From: Azolla caroliniana
Lineage: Eukaryota > Plantae > Polypodiophyta
Direction of reading: 5' to 3'
Assembly (NCBI GenBank): GCA_043228905.1
Contig: JBHGNT010000009.1
Coordinates: 5,952,001 to 6,016,000, forward strand
Length of the DNA stretch: 64,000 nt
Shown one piece after another: positions 9,741 through 21,100 of this stretch. The notes beneath the pieces were generated by a model that searched no databases, was not told the DNA's origin, and worked only from the letters and a program-made list of their open reading frames with translations. Made by a program: the position numbers and the translations under genes. Every line of letters starts with the position of its first letter. Positions within the stretch are counted from its first letter, which is position 1.

Positions 9741-10410
9741 GGATTGAACCCATGGTTAAAGTAACCATAGTCACCTTAACCAATGTTGGTAACTTTGAGG
9801 ATAGTTAGTTTGTAACCATAGTCACATTAACTATAGTAACTTATGATTGTATTAATGATTACAAAGTCAAACTAACATATTGATTAATCTTTTATACTCA
9901 TAACAACCTACAATCACTTCAAAGGTTATGAAGGAGACAATGATAGAGGTTCATGAATGTACCAATGATTGATTTCTAAAAGCAACAATTTTTATGACTC
10001 TCAAATGTTATGTATTAAAGATGTGGGCATGAATTAACCAATGATTGATAAGTCTAATATTTAAAATGGTGAGCATTAAAGAACCAATGAGTGAGACGTT
10101 CTATATCAAAATGGGTGTCATTAATTAGCCAATGATTTTAACATTAATCCAACATATTCAAGGCTTGTTAATGATTAGTTTTATATTTTACTTGATTTAA
10201 CATCATTTAGATCTAGTTTATATAATGATTGATAATTTAAGTTAAATTACTTTATTAAAAATAATTTTTAGATGTATTGTATTAATAGAATATTACATAA
10301 TATAGACATTCTATTGATTTGGCTTTTGTTTAGAGAGAAGTTTATATTTAGGGAGGAGTATATGGTTAGAGAGGAGTATAACTTAGAGAGCCCTATCTAG
10401 ACCTTAAGCC

Positions 10411-13191
10411 ATGAGTGAAGATTCACCGTTCTCGATTGAAGAATATTGTTTGTCATCAGACCCATCGTTTTCTACTGAAGAGTATTGTTTGTCAACAGAG
10501 TCACCATATTCGATTGAAGAATATTGTCTTTCGACCGACTCACCATATTCTATCGAAGAATATTGTCTGAGCTCATCTACAGGGAATGTAAATAATGACA
10601 CATGTGAAGAGTTCTCTATTGAAGAATACGATATTAATAAAGATACCGAGAATGAAGGAAGTGCCCAGGAAACATTGAACAACATTGGCGATGGTCAGAA
10701 CAAAGAATTAGACTGTAACAAGGTTACACCAACCTCTATGCAGGAAGAGAAATCTGGGAGCCCTATGCATATTAGAAGAATCCCACGAAGAATTCGTCTG
10801 GCTAGATTTAGCTTGGTGACATCAGATAAACAGATTGGATTTGATGTCAACAAAATATGTTGTGCCCGTGGTTGTATGTCTATGATTGGAAAATCAAAGT
10901 TGCGAGAATTAAGGCGATACTATTTTTCGATGACCGGTGATGAGCAAGACACTTACCTCGGATCACATATGCAACTAGTATCTGACAAATGTACGGGGAT
11001 CAAAGTATCATTCGAGTATTATATCTTCCATGCGCAACAGATATGTAGAGTTGCATTCAAAATTGTGTTATGTGTTAGTAACATGCGGCTACATAGAGTA
11101 CAACAACGTCTACTTAGCGGGGATCAGATGCTCAATTGTAATGAGGTTCCAAGTATGAAAGGTGCAATTGGAAGACTAGCTATTGGCTGGATGAAAACTT
11201 ACTTTCAGTTAAATTGTGAAGTAATGCCCACTACAGGTAGGATGCATCTTTCTGATAATTATACCCGTCGGGAAGTTTATGATGTCTATCGATCTGAAAT
11301 GCTGGGCTCACGTAATAAGTCTATCACCTATAGCCAATTCACAAGATTATGGAGAGCTCGGTTTTCAAATGTTATTATTCCTCGTAAAGTACGTATGGGT
11401 TATTGCTCCATTTGTGCAAATCTTAAAAGTTTGGCTAAAGGTGCAAAGACATCAATGGAAAAGGATACGAGTAAGAAGTTACTACAAGAGCATCGTGAGG
11501 CACAATCCTTAGAACGAAGGAAGGCGATGCATCATAGAGAGAAGTGTTTGAAGAGGCCTGAACAATACATGTGCTTAATGATAGATGGCATGGACCAGAA
11601 GAAGACATGCTTGCCGCATATGCGGAGGCTCCCCAAAGATGTCAATGATGAGTGCCTTGTTCAAATGCACTTGGTGGGATGCTTGGCTTATAATAGGTCT
11701 GTTCGACCTCACGTCTTCATTACTTACCCCAATGTTCACAATGACCCTAACCTAACAGTTACAGTGATTCACCGAGTTTTGATGTCTTGGGGACAACCTT
11801 TCCCCCCTGTTCTATACATTCAATTGGACAATACTGCTAGAGAGAACAAAAATTCAACTGTATTTGGCTATCTAAGTATGTTGGTCAACCTAGAATTGTT
11901 TAGGAAAGTGAAAGTCAATTTCCTTTTGGTTGGCCACACACATGACCATATAGATCAGATGTTTAGCACATTCTCCAGACAGTTGTCTCGGCATGATGCT
12001 TTCACTTTACCTAAACTATTTGATGTCATTTGTGATGCATATACACCACGCCCAAAAGTGTTACACTTGAAGGAGGTATATGACTTTAAGAGATATATAT
12101 TAGATGGGGGTGGTGGGAATGTTAAAGTGCTTGCTCAGTTAAACAATATAAGTTTCAATCACATTTTTTTGATAAAGAAAAATGGAATAAGTGGTTCTAC
12201 ACTTCTGTATGCTAAACAATATTCATCTTCTACAACATGGGAACCTGAAGGTGGTTGCCAGTTATTACTTTGTATGCCGAGTACAATTGTCCATGGAGCT
12301 AAGCAAATGCCAATTGAGAAGAAAGGACAGTTGCAGAGCGACTTGGTATTAGAACAAAAACGGTCATGGCTCCAAGCCTTAGAAGAAAAAAGAAAACATA
12401 TTGAGGCCGCCAAGAAATATGCCGCACAACAAGACACGTCATGGTGGGATGTATTTTATAGTGATCAGAAAGAAATTATAGACAATTGTGTATCTGTTGA
12501 TAATTGGAATTTGGAAACGCCATTCACATGGTCGCTGCAACATGATCGCGTAAATAGAAGTCCGGAGCGACTAGTAAATGCGATTAATGACAGCTTGGTC
12601 CACCCACAACAAAGAGACATTTATGTGGGACCAAGGATGACCAAAGCAGCCGAAGCTAGATGGCAAGGAAATTTGCAAGAGCTCACTGCGGGGATGTTGA
12701 TTGCAACGCCGGCTGATGAGAACTCACATGGCCACCAATTTTGGGTTGGTAAAATTCTAGAAGTGCTAATGCATGAAATAGATAACACGATCAAGTCTAT
12801 AAATGTTCATTGGTACAACACTAGAAGTGCAAATGCTTTTACAGGTAAGTATACATTGGAGATGATTGAATGCCAAACAAGAAGGGGAGGTAGGAAGAGG
12901 AAGCGAAACATTCGTAACACCTCGACCCTTGATATCTCTGATGTGGATATCATCGTGTACGACTTCACACTTACAAAAGCCGGACGATTAAGGAAGTCAA
13001 CAATAGATATAATAAAAGAAAAATTACCAGGTCTACAAGGTGGCTCGAGTCAAAGGCAAACGAGATCTGCTACATATAATCTAGAGTCAAACCATTTGGT
13101 TTATGACGAAGATAATGCACTGATTGGTACATCCGAGGATGATGAGGAGGAATCGTCATTGTATATTAGTTATAGTAGTGATTCTCCGTAA
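10411..13191 (+). CDS. 926-aa DDE transposase, Sola1-like (DUF7869-type), intronless and intact
   Basis: Motifs CCARGC, CRVAF, CSICANL, LMIDGMDQ, YIQLDNTARENKN and FLLVGHTHDHIDQMFS. C-terminal FWVGKILEV...INVHWY beta-barrel-like module. N-terminal 13-aa repeats. Confidence 0.8.
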   Translation: MSEDSPFSIEEYCLSSDPSFSTEEYCLSTESPYSIEEYCLSTDSPYSIEEYCLSSSTGNVNNDTCEEFSIEEYDINKDTENEGSAQETLNNIGDGQNKELDCNKVTPTSMQEEKSGSPMHIRRIPRRIRLARFSLVTSDKQIGFDVNKICCARGCMSMIGKSKLRELRRYYFSMTGDEQDTYLGSHMQLVSDKCTGIKVSFEYYIFHAQQICRVAFKIVLCVSNMRLHRVQQRLLSGDQMLNCNEVPSMKGAIGRLAIGWMKTYFQLNCEVMPTTGRMHLSDNYTRREVYDVYRSEMLGSRNKSITYSQFTRLWRARFSNVIIPRKVRMGYCSICANLKSLAKGAKTSMEKDTSKKLLQEHREAQSLERRKAMHHREKCLKRPEQYMCLMIDGMDQKKTCLPHMRRLPKDVNDECLVQMHLVGCLAYNRSVRPHVFITYPNVHNDPNLTVTVIHRVLMSWGQPFPPVLYIQLDNTARENKNSTVFGYLSMLVNLELFRKVKVNFLLVGHTHDHIDQMFSTFSRQLSRHDAFTLPKLFDVICDAYTPRPKVLHLKEVYDFKRYILDGGGGNVKVLAQLNNISFNHIFLIKKNGISGSTLLYAKQYSSSTTWEPEGGCQLLLCMPSTIVHGAKQMPIEKKGQLQSDLVLEQKRSWLQALEEKRKHIEAAKKYAAQQDTSWWDVFYSDQKEIIDNCVSVDNWNLETPFTWSLQHDRVNRSPERLVNAINDSLVHPQQRDIYVGPRMTKAAEARWQGNLQELTAGMLIATPADENSHGHQFWVGKILEVLMHEIDNTIKSINVHWYNTRSANAFTGKYTLEMIECQTRRGGRKRKRNIRNTSTLDISDVDIIVYDFTLTKAGRLRKSTIDIIKEKLPGLQGGSSQRQTRSATYNLESNHLVYDEDNALIGTSEDDEEESSLYISYSSDSP

Positions 13192-13550
13192 AGGAGTGAT
13201 CATGAATGTATATTTGGCTATTAAGTGTAACTACATTCCGCTTGTAACAAATCGAGTAATATAAAATCATGTGTTTTGAATTCTTATGATTTCCAAAAAA
13301 TCGTTTCTTATAAAATAACATTGGTTGTAAAGTTTGTGATATAAATTGAGAATGTATGTTTTTGAAATTCGTCTTTTTTTAGTTACTTCTAAATCACGAA
13401 AATAGTGGATTTTTAACCTTTTTCATAGTATGTTTGAACTTGTATGATACTGGTATCAATGTGTTTTGACTAATCATTGAAAAACCCCTAAAATTTCCCT
13501 TATCCTTCCATTTATGCGCGATCCTTCCACTTGTGAACGCGAACGTGTTT

Positions 13551-15665
13551 CAAGCTCGGTGGGCCCAATTCCTCACGCGTTTCTACTTCAAAATTACATA
13601 TCGTCCTTCAAAATTATCACGACGTTCGTATCTAGCATTGCGTCCCGGCGAGCCAACTTTCGATAACCAAAAGCAAGTAATCTTGGGACCGGCACGACTG
13701 CAACCAACACAGGTCTTCGGTATGCCCTTGGATTCCCACGTTATTGATACCATATGTGAGGACTTGAAGACAGATGCTTTCGCCCAAGCCATTCTAGCAC
13801 AAATTGATCCCTCTCGAGCATCTTGTTCACAGTCGCAACAACCGGGTACGAACTATCGACAATTCAAATGTCATGATCGATTACTTTAAGAAACTCTTGT
13901 ATGTTCCTAATGGTTCTTGCCACCTTTGAGTAGTCCAAAACTGTCATGACACATATACAACTGGGCATTTTGGTAGTACTAAGACATTAGATTTAATACA
14001 ACGATCATTCTGGTGGCCCTGTATGCAACAATTTGTCGAAGATTTTGTTTGGACTTGTGATACATGTTGCAGAGCAAAAATGCCAAGGCATCATCCATAT
14101 GGTTTATTAGAACCATTACCAATTCCAAGCAAGCCATGGCAATCCATTGCTCTAGATTTCATCATAGATCTTCTAGTCTCTAAGGGATTCAATGCGATTT
14201 TAACAGTAGTAGATCGATATACGAAGATGGCTCATTTCCTGCCATGTACTAAGGAAATCTCCAGTGAAGAAACCGTTGAAATTGTCATGCGTGAAGTATG
14301 TCGGCATCATGGCCTTCCTGATAATATCATCAGCGACCGTGGACCCCAGTTCATCTCGAAATTCTAGAAGCACCTTTTTAAAATGCTCAAGGTCACTTGT
14401 AACCTCTCCTCCGGCTACCACCCGCAAACCGACGGCCAAGCAGAACAAACAAATCAAACGCTGGAGCAGTATCTTCGGTGCTTTCTAAGCAATAATCAGG
14501 ATGATTGGGCGAATATTCTCCACTTCGTCGAATTTGCCTATAATAACTATGTCCTCTCATCGACTAAAGTTACGCCATTTTATGCTTATACGGTTGTCAC
14601 CCCTGGTGGTGTGTATTTGAAACCCCAGAGTTACCCACAAATCCTTGCGCAGAGGATCATTTGGAGCGGTTACGCAAGATATAAGCAGATTTTTCTACTC
14701 GTCTATAGCAAGCTCAACAAACACACAAGGTTTACGCGGATCGTCATCGGCTTCCATCCAGTTTTAACATTGGAGATTGGGTATGGCTACTATGACGACA
14801 CATCAAGACTACTCGCCCATGCGAGAAGTTGGATTATCGGCGATTAGGTCCTTTCCGTATTATCGGAAAGATTAATGATGTCGCTTTTCGTTTCGATCTA
14901 CCCCCGCAACTTCGCATACATCCGGTGTTTCATAGTTTTCTCCTCGAACCCTATCACGACAACACCATCCCAGGACGTATTCCACAACCTCCACCCCCAA
15001 TCGAACTTGAAGATGGACCTGAGTACGAGGTTGCCGCCATCCTCGATTCTAAGATTGTTCGCAACAAGCTCGACTATTTAGTCGATTGGCTAGGATATAG
15101 TCCCAACGAGCGTAACCAATAGAGAATGTGACCAATGCTCGTGCTCTTCTTGAAGACTTTCATCGTCAATATCCAGATAAACCGGGTCCTCAATCCAAAA
15201 CAACTCGTGACACTCGTCGTTTTAAAGGGGGGATAGTGTCATGATATGGCAAGACTCGAACCCATAACCTTATGTTACATGGGTTGAGCTCTTGACCATT
15301 ACACTGTCTATTGTAATACGTAGAATAGTATTTTTATTTACATTTTACTATAGAAAATTAATGTATATTCCAGATTTCTCTGGAACATTCTAGAAGCTTC
15401 AAGACTACTCCTAAGAACACTATAAAAGGAGGCACAAGGCATTATTTCGAACCAAATCGGTTCAACGGCAGTCTTAAGCCTCCTAGCTTTCCTTATATAT
15501 TCTTCTCACATAATATATCGTTGACATCATCATTTTCTCTCCCTCGATATCTCACTCTCACTCTCTCTCTCCTTCTCTCGAGTGTTCTACACCCTCTATT
15601 CCTCTTAGTACTAATATTCCTCTCTTAGTACTAATTTCTTCTCTGTCTCAATACTATTCCTGACA
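13551..15665 (+). mobile_element. Degenerate chromovirus (Tcn1-like Gypsy) 3' part: RNase H end, integrase, chromodomain, PPT and 3' LTR (15237-15665)
   Basis: CDTC, PWQSIALDFI, SDRGPQF, HPQTDGQAE, GPFRI...IHPVFH and EYEVAAILDSK...YLVDWLGY, with stops and frameshifts. PPT AAAGGGGGGATAG, then a TGTCA...TGACA LTR. Confidence 0.88.
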
Positions 15666-15903
15666 ATGGCAACCCTTAGTGCACGTGGTAAGAATATGTT
15701 ACCCGTATAGATGTAATGTGGAAGGTGGTGTGTAAGGTGTAATATGAAATGTGAATGTGTGAGTGTTATGTGGGGTAAGTAGGTGTACCTATGTCCATTC
15801 GACTTTTTGTAATGATTAGATCTTTTACTATATAAATCCCCACTCGTGGGGCATGAAAAGAGAAAAATAATATTGAAGTTACCCTCAACCGTGTGTCGCG
15901 ATT

Positions 15904-15944
15904 CTCTCTCTCTCTCTCCTCACACACACACACACACACACACA
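15904..15944. repeat. Compound (CT)n(CA)n microsatellite
   Basis: Read directly from the sequence. Confidence 0.9.
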
Positions 15945-18556
15945 GTCTCTGTGCATCTTTCCCTCTCTCCCCTCACATTCGAACCCCCTTGGGAGGGGGG
16001 TGGAGCCGATCTTGGCTCCACCCCCCACCCATCAACAGGAAGCAAATCATTTAGTTTTAGCGAGGTAAAGAATTTACTTAGATGTTCGACATTAACCTCA
16101 AGAATTCAAAACTAGATTAAGGTTTAGAGGCATGACCTTTTGCTCTTAATGCTTTTGCTTGAGCTTATGGCATTGCTCTAAATTGTGACACTCTTTTCTA
16201 TATGCCCATGGAAGACTAAGTCGTGTAGAGTCGTTTAAAAGAATTCATTGGATGTCTTATGTTTCCCAATTATTTGTGACTAATAAGGAATATACGCCAA
16301 GGGTTGTCATGGTTCATCCTCGAAGTATGTTTAAATCTCAACTTCATCTTTGAGGTTTTATAAGATCCTTATGCAAAACTACGAGGTGTATTAAATAGAT
16401 GGAGGTTCCAATATTGTTAAATCATTATAATTCAATATGGGTTTTCAATTAATTCTATACTATTGTTTATAAATAACAATCCTTTCTTTATTCCTTGACC
16501 CGATTCAATATTAATTTGGCTTCAGCCTTGATATTTACTCCAACTTTTAGATATTTACTTGCTTGTGAAGCACCTCACAAGTACTTGGGAAAACTGTTTT
16601 CTATTCTTCGGCTTCTATCACAAAGAAGGAATGCCTATTTATAAGCTCTACAAACATAACATGCAATAGGAACTTGACTGACATGTAATAGACTCTTGCC
16701 TAACATACAAGACTATGCGATGGTTCACCCCATTATCAAAAAAACATTTGGCTTCATTGGAGCCACATGGAAAAACATTTATTAAGAGAATTTTTCCGCA
16801 ATGGTCAAACCAAGAGAAGCATAGATATTGTGGGACAGTGTTGTCTTTTGCTAAAGTTCAAAGAATCGTCTTGCAACAAGGGTAAATGAAAATATCTCAA
16901 AGGATATTCCCTAAACATTCTTGAACTATATTTACAAATACATGCATACATACACATAAAAGCTTCTCACTCTATGCAATTAGGTTTCATAAATAAGAAA
17001 TTGATCAACTGTAAATTCTCGTATGATTAGTTATATGATCATGTTGATCTTGATTAAGCTCTAACAAAAAATATATTTGGAGGGTACCTTGCAATTATGT
17101 ACATGGTAGATTCCTTAATTAGAAAATCCCTTTCCCTCAAAGATATAGGATGAAAGCCGTAGGTGCTTAATTTCTAAGGCTTATTATATGGTAGATTAGA
17201 GAATAATATTAATCAAGCAAGTATTAAATGGGTTGAAATTAACATCTAAAGCCATTTGAATTCAAGCGGGTGAAAATAGAGGCACTAAAACAAATTAGAA
17301 ATGGATGTTGTATGCACAATTAAGAATTTACATGTGATGCTTGTTTTATTAATAGGACCCTTTTCATCTTAAGAATATGGGTGTACGATCAATGGTACCC
17401 CCTTGTAGTTGTAGAAAATATTTGTATAATAGCATTCGTGATGTAGGATTCCCTTCAAAAGTTTGCCATGTTTGCATATTTGTAACCAATATATCACTCC
17501 TAATTTTAATATTGCCTCGAAAAGGAAGAAGTAACTAGCTAGTCTTTATATTTGCCCAAAGTGTAATAAATTACAAGTAGACTTCATATTGAATTTAGTC
17601 TTAATTTATTGGATTAACAAGATACCTACATTCATGGAAAAAAGGGACAATGTTGTAAAGCCAATATTTAGGAGCAAATTACATATTCCCTAGAATAAGA
17701 GTACTATGATGAATGCAAAATCATTCAGATCGCTCGAAAGTCGAATTCTGCAGGCTACCACTTTGAAATGAAACAAGAGTTTTTTTATTATGACTACCGA
17801 AATCAAACTTGTTGCTTACAAGTTGGGCTCAAAAGCCTTATTATAATTTAAGGAGAGTAAATGGGTTAGCCCATCACCAGGACAAGCCATGCAACTCAGA
17901 CCACCACACACAAATGGTTGTGTCTCTACTTCACATTTTCCTCCTCAAGCTTTTCGCCACATCACCCTCTCTCTCTCTCTCTCCACTCATGTTTTTCTTC
18001 CTCCAATAGACTTGTGCCACATCGGCTCTCTTCGATATCCATCTCACATTCTTCTTCTCCAATGATCTTATGCAACATCATCACCACTTCTCTCTCTCTC
18101 TCCATTGGGCTATTGCTAGTGCCTCAGAGTTTTCTGGTTTTTTGTTAAGTCTCATTACGAGATAATATATATGTATATGTATGTATATATAATAGAGAGC
18201 GAGCGAGCGAGAGAGAGACACGTAGGATTGTTGTCTACCCCACATGCTGATCTTCCAATGACCCAATGCCATTTAGTGATGGATTTATGTTTGATTTCAT
18301 GATGTGGTGGTCATGGGCTCCATTTGTTTTGTTGGTTCTTGTGTTGTTATGTGGACTTCATATTTTTTCAATATATATGTATGTATGTACATATGTGCAG
18401 GCTTGTATATACACACACCACACACACACACATTGGAGGAGGAGGGAGGATTTGAAAACAAATACATACATATGTACATAAATGAAATAAATAATACATT
18501 AAAAATACATAAATAAATTCATTGAAAATATTTTTGTGGATCCAAGGAGAAACAAA

Positions 18557-18618
18557 AGGAGGAGGAAGAAGAAGAAGAAGAAGAAGTAGAAGAAGTAGAA
18601 GAAGTAGAAGTAGAAGAA
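18557..18618. repeat. (GGA)/(GAA)/(GTA) trinucleotide tract upstream of fibrillin
   Basis: Read directly from the sequence. Confidence 0.85.
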
Positions 18619-18887
18619 ACAGGGGGGGTCTCGCAGGAGATCTGCGGCTGCGTTCTGCAAATCAGACATAAAGGAAGCGAAGAGAAGCGAAGCGAAGCTC
18701 CCATACCCGACTTTCTTCTCTGATATAAGACATAAATTCACTCGTCTCCTCCGTTTGCCTCCATTTGTCGGATAAGTAAGTAAGTAATCGCCCACAAACC
18801 ATCTCTGCATCTTTTAAGGGTTAATAATAACACACACTCACACATAAATTCATCTCTTCACCCCCTTGAGCTCTAAAGTATATAGCC

Positions 18888-21100
18888 ATGGCATCTCTCG
18901 TTGCTTCATTATCTGTAGCTACACAGTCACCCATTAACTTCTCCTCTAACCTTAACACATCGAGCTGTAGCTCTAAACTTAGCCTTAACCCTAACCGTAA
19001 GTCTACCCTTAACCCAAACATTAATTCAGCTCGATGTTCGTCTCTCTCCCGAGCTCTCTCATTTGCTTCCAAACACCCATCAAACAAATTTAGGGTTTTT
19101 GCATCGTCATCATCAGCAGCAAATGATGATGAAGAGATCGCCGCTACCTCTTATGAAACCGAGGATAAAGGTGTTTCTACAACGACCAAAGAAGCCGAGA
19201 ATGATGAAGACAAGGGTGGATATGAAAGTAAGAATGATGGCATCATAGTCGAGCTTAAGCAATCTCTCATTGATAACCTTACGGGTACCGATCGTGGACT
19301 CAAGGCCAGTAGTGAGGTTCGAGCTGAAATTGTGGAAATTATTGCGCAAATCGAATCCAAGAACCCGACGCCTGCCCCTACTGAAGCTCTTCCACTTCTC
19401 AACGGGAAATGGATTCTTGTGTAAGTAATAGTTATATCATATCATATCTCCAAACCCTAAAATCCTAAACAGCTTAGCGGGAAATGAATTCTCTTGTACC
19501 CACCCACAATCGTATCATCGAAATTCATGGATTCTCTTTCCCCTCTGTTTTCATGTCAAAACTACTAAAACCCTAAATCCCTAAATCCCAAATCCCAAAT
19601 CCCAAAACCTCTAAATCTCTTGCATATGTTTATTATATTAAAAAACTTGAAACCTAAAACCCTGGGCCTAAACAGTGATGGATTTTTACAAAACCATAAT
19701 GTCCTAAAATCTACTAAAGTTTAAAAAACCTAATCAATTCCTTAATCGCTCCTTGTTTTGTCTCTCTAGTTTCATGAAAGAAATTTCTCTTTTGTTTGCA
19801 GGTACACATCATTCTCTGAGCTTTTCCCTCTCCTCGCAGCCGGAACACTGCCATTAGTGAAAGTGGGAGAGATTTCTCAGTTTATAGATTCAAATGCTCT
19901 CACAGTTGAGAATTCAGTCACCTTCACAGGTCCTCTTGCTACCACTTCTTTCAGCACTTCTGCTTCCTTTGAAATTCGAAGCCCGAAAAGAGTTCAGGTA
20001 TGGGGCCTCTAAATGGAAATTGGCCACTCTATGACTATGTACCTATTCATCTTACCACTGACAGTATTACTAGAAATTACAAAATGGACGTGGTTACCAT
20101 CAGTAGACATCAGTAGACATTGAATTTCACCCCATCACCATTATTGCTAGACATGGGCCTAATGGCAATCACTAGGGATGGTTTACGGGTATTTTAGGCG
20201 TGGATATATCTGCCCAATTATGGGGCAGATATATCCATGACTATGTACCTATTTATCATACCACTGACAGTATTACTAGAAATTGCAAAATGGACGTGGT
20301 TACCATCAGTAGACGTCAGTAGACATTGAATTTCACCCCATCACCATTATTGCTAGACATGGGCCTAATGGCAATCACTAGGGATGGTTTACGGGTATTT
20401 TAGGCATGGATATATCTGCCCAATTATGATACGGTGACATTGCCTATACAGCCCCTTAACACTACCACCAGAAATGGCTATCTGTCATGTTTAAACTGTC
20501 GCTAGACACTCTATCCACCTTGTTTATAGCATTGCCAGATATGTATTTGCACACATTTAGACTGTTGCAGACATGGCTATTTGCCTATCCAGAAAGTCCT
20601 TTGTGGTTATCTGGCTGTTGAGAACATTGCTATACATATGCCTATTTGGCTGTTTAGACAGTGGCTACGCATATGGCTGCTTGGCTCTTTAGAGCGTGGC
20701 TATGCATATAGCTATCCACCATTTATTGTCACTAGCTAGACATGGCAACACCTTTTTAAACTTTAGCTGTTTCATTTGGCAGATTAAGTTCGAGGAAGGA
20801 GTGATTGGGACACCACAGCTCACTGATTCCATTGAGATCCCTGAGAATATTCAATTTTTGGGCCAGAACATTGATCTCACCCCAGCTCGAGGTTTACTTA
20901 ATTCACTGCAAGAAGCGGCATCCTCTGTTGCGAAAAGGATATCGGGTCAGCCTCCACTCAAGTTTCCTATCCGGACCGATAGAGCTCAGTCTTGGCTTCT
21001 AACCACATATCTCGATGAAGATCTTAGAATATCTCGTGGCGATGGTGGAAGCATCTTTGTTCTTGTGAAAGAGGGTAGCTCTCTCCTTGAGGATTTGTAA
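18888..21100 (+). CDS. FBN1: Plastid lipid-associated protein / fibrillin 1 family, 348 aa, 3 exons (18888-19420, 19802-19997, 20783-21100)
   Basis: Ser-rich transit peptide, then [11 protein letters not shown]...[31 protein letters not shown]...[16 protein letters not shown]...[33 protein letters not shown] phases are consistent. Confidence 0.93.
20031..20428. repeat. About 190-bp tandem duplication (206-bp period) in fibrillin intron 2, with a hairpin at the junction
   Basis: Copies start at 20031 and 20237. The junction TGGATATATCTGCCC-aattatg-GGGCAGATATATCCA spans 20201-20237. Confidence 0.85.

Larger units (their letters stand above)
1..13547. mobile_element. Candidate DNA transposon (Sola1-like DDE transposase plus ParB-MTase cargo gene) inserted into a Gypsy pol; left end outside the window
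   Basis: Two divergent intact genes share about 0.8 kb of upstream sequence. At about 13548-13550 the sequence switches abruptly into the middle of a Gypsy RNase H/INT region (QARWAQFL). TIRs and TSD cannot be verified because the other end is missing. Confidence 0.6.

Noticed and set aside
19450-19680. Telomere-like AAACCCTA motifs (also at about 3330-3390)
   Set aside because: Scattered degenerate telo-box-like motifs, not a telomeric array.
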